Assembly (NCBI GenBank): GCA_964236265.1
Contig: CAXSDE010000013.1
Coordinates: 7,737-58,317 of the forward strand
Direction of reading: 5' to 3'
DNA length: 50,581 nt
Origin: an uncultured bacterium
Lineage (GTDB): Bacteria; Actinomycetota; Actinomycetes; JAVEEB01
The first letter of the stretch is position 1; each line of letters opens with the position of its first letter. The notes beneath the pieces are model-generated. The model had not been told where the DNA came from, searched no databases, and saw only the letters and a program-made list of their open reading frames with translations. Positions 50,444 through 50,581 of this stretch are shown here, in pieces. Made by a program: the position numbers and the translations under genes.

Positions 50444-50581
50444 CGGTTCATGGTGGCAGAAGGCCGGGCCGCACCCTACGTCAGCCGCCGGCCGACGGTC
50501 CGGCGGCGGGAGGTGCGGCGGCAGCCGGCACGCGGGCAGCGGAGGGGCGGCCGTGGCCGGCGCGGGCAGCGGAGGGGCGGC

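Overview
High-GC (about 70% by eye) actinobacterial chromosome segment; HspR/HAIR regulation and a chemoreceptor suggest a possibly motile actinomycete. From left to right: a membrane-anchored ECF sigma factor running off the window edge (absent from the ORF track); an internally deleted IS256 relic; a hipB-hipA toxin-antitoxin pair; lemA; dTDP-rhamnose genes split into rmlABD and rmlC around gene relics and a palindromic repeat array; galE; a GH76; a MITE-like element; dnaK-grpE-dnaJ-hspR-clpB with HAIR operators; a PAS-PP2C; dcd and tRNA-Gly(CCC). Directly after the tRNA lies a ~15 kb surface-glycan locus, the most unusual part of the window. It combines Wzx, three GT2 domains, an O-antigen-ligase/Wzy-type protein fused to TolB-like beta-propellers, a GT2-His-linker-methyltransferase fusion, a second RmlD-like reductase, a plant-type RGP/UDP-arabinopyranose mutase (GT75) homologue, a frameshifted GT4, a second TolB-like protein and an acetyltransferase. 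A convergent chemoreceptor with a C-terminal carbohydrate-binding-like domain abuts the locus. The window ends with nfeD-SPFH, a membrane gene interrupted by TGA, and a 2-oxoacid dehydrogenase E1a/E1b/E2 operon. All family calls are motif recognition by eye; no database searches were run.
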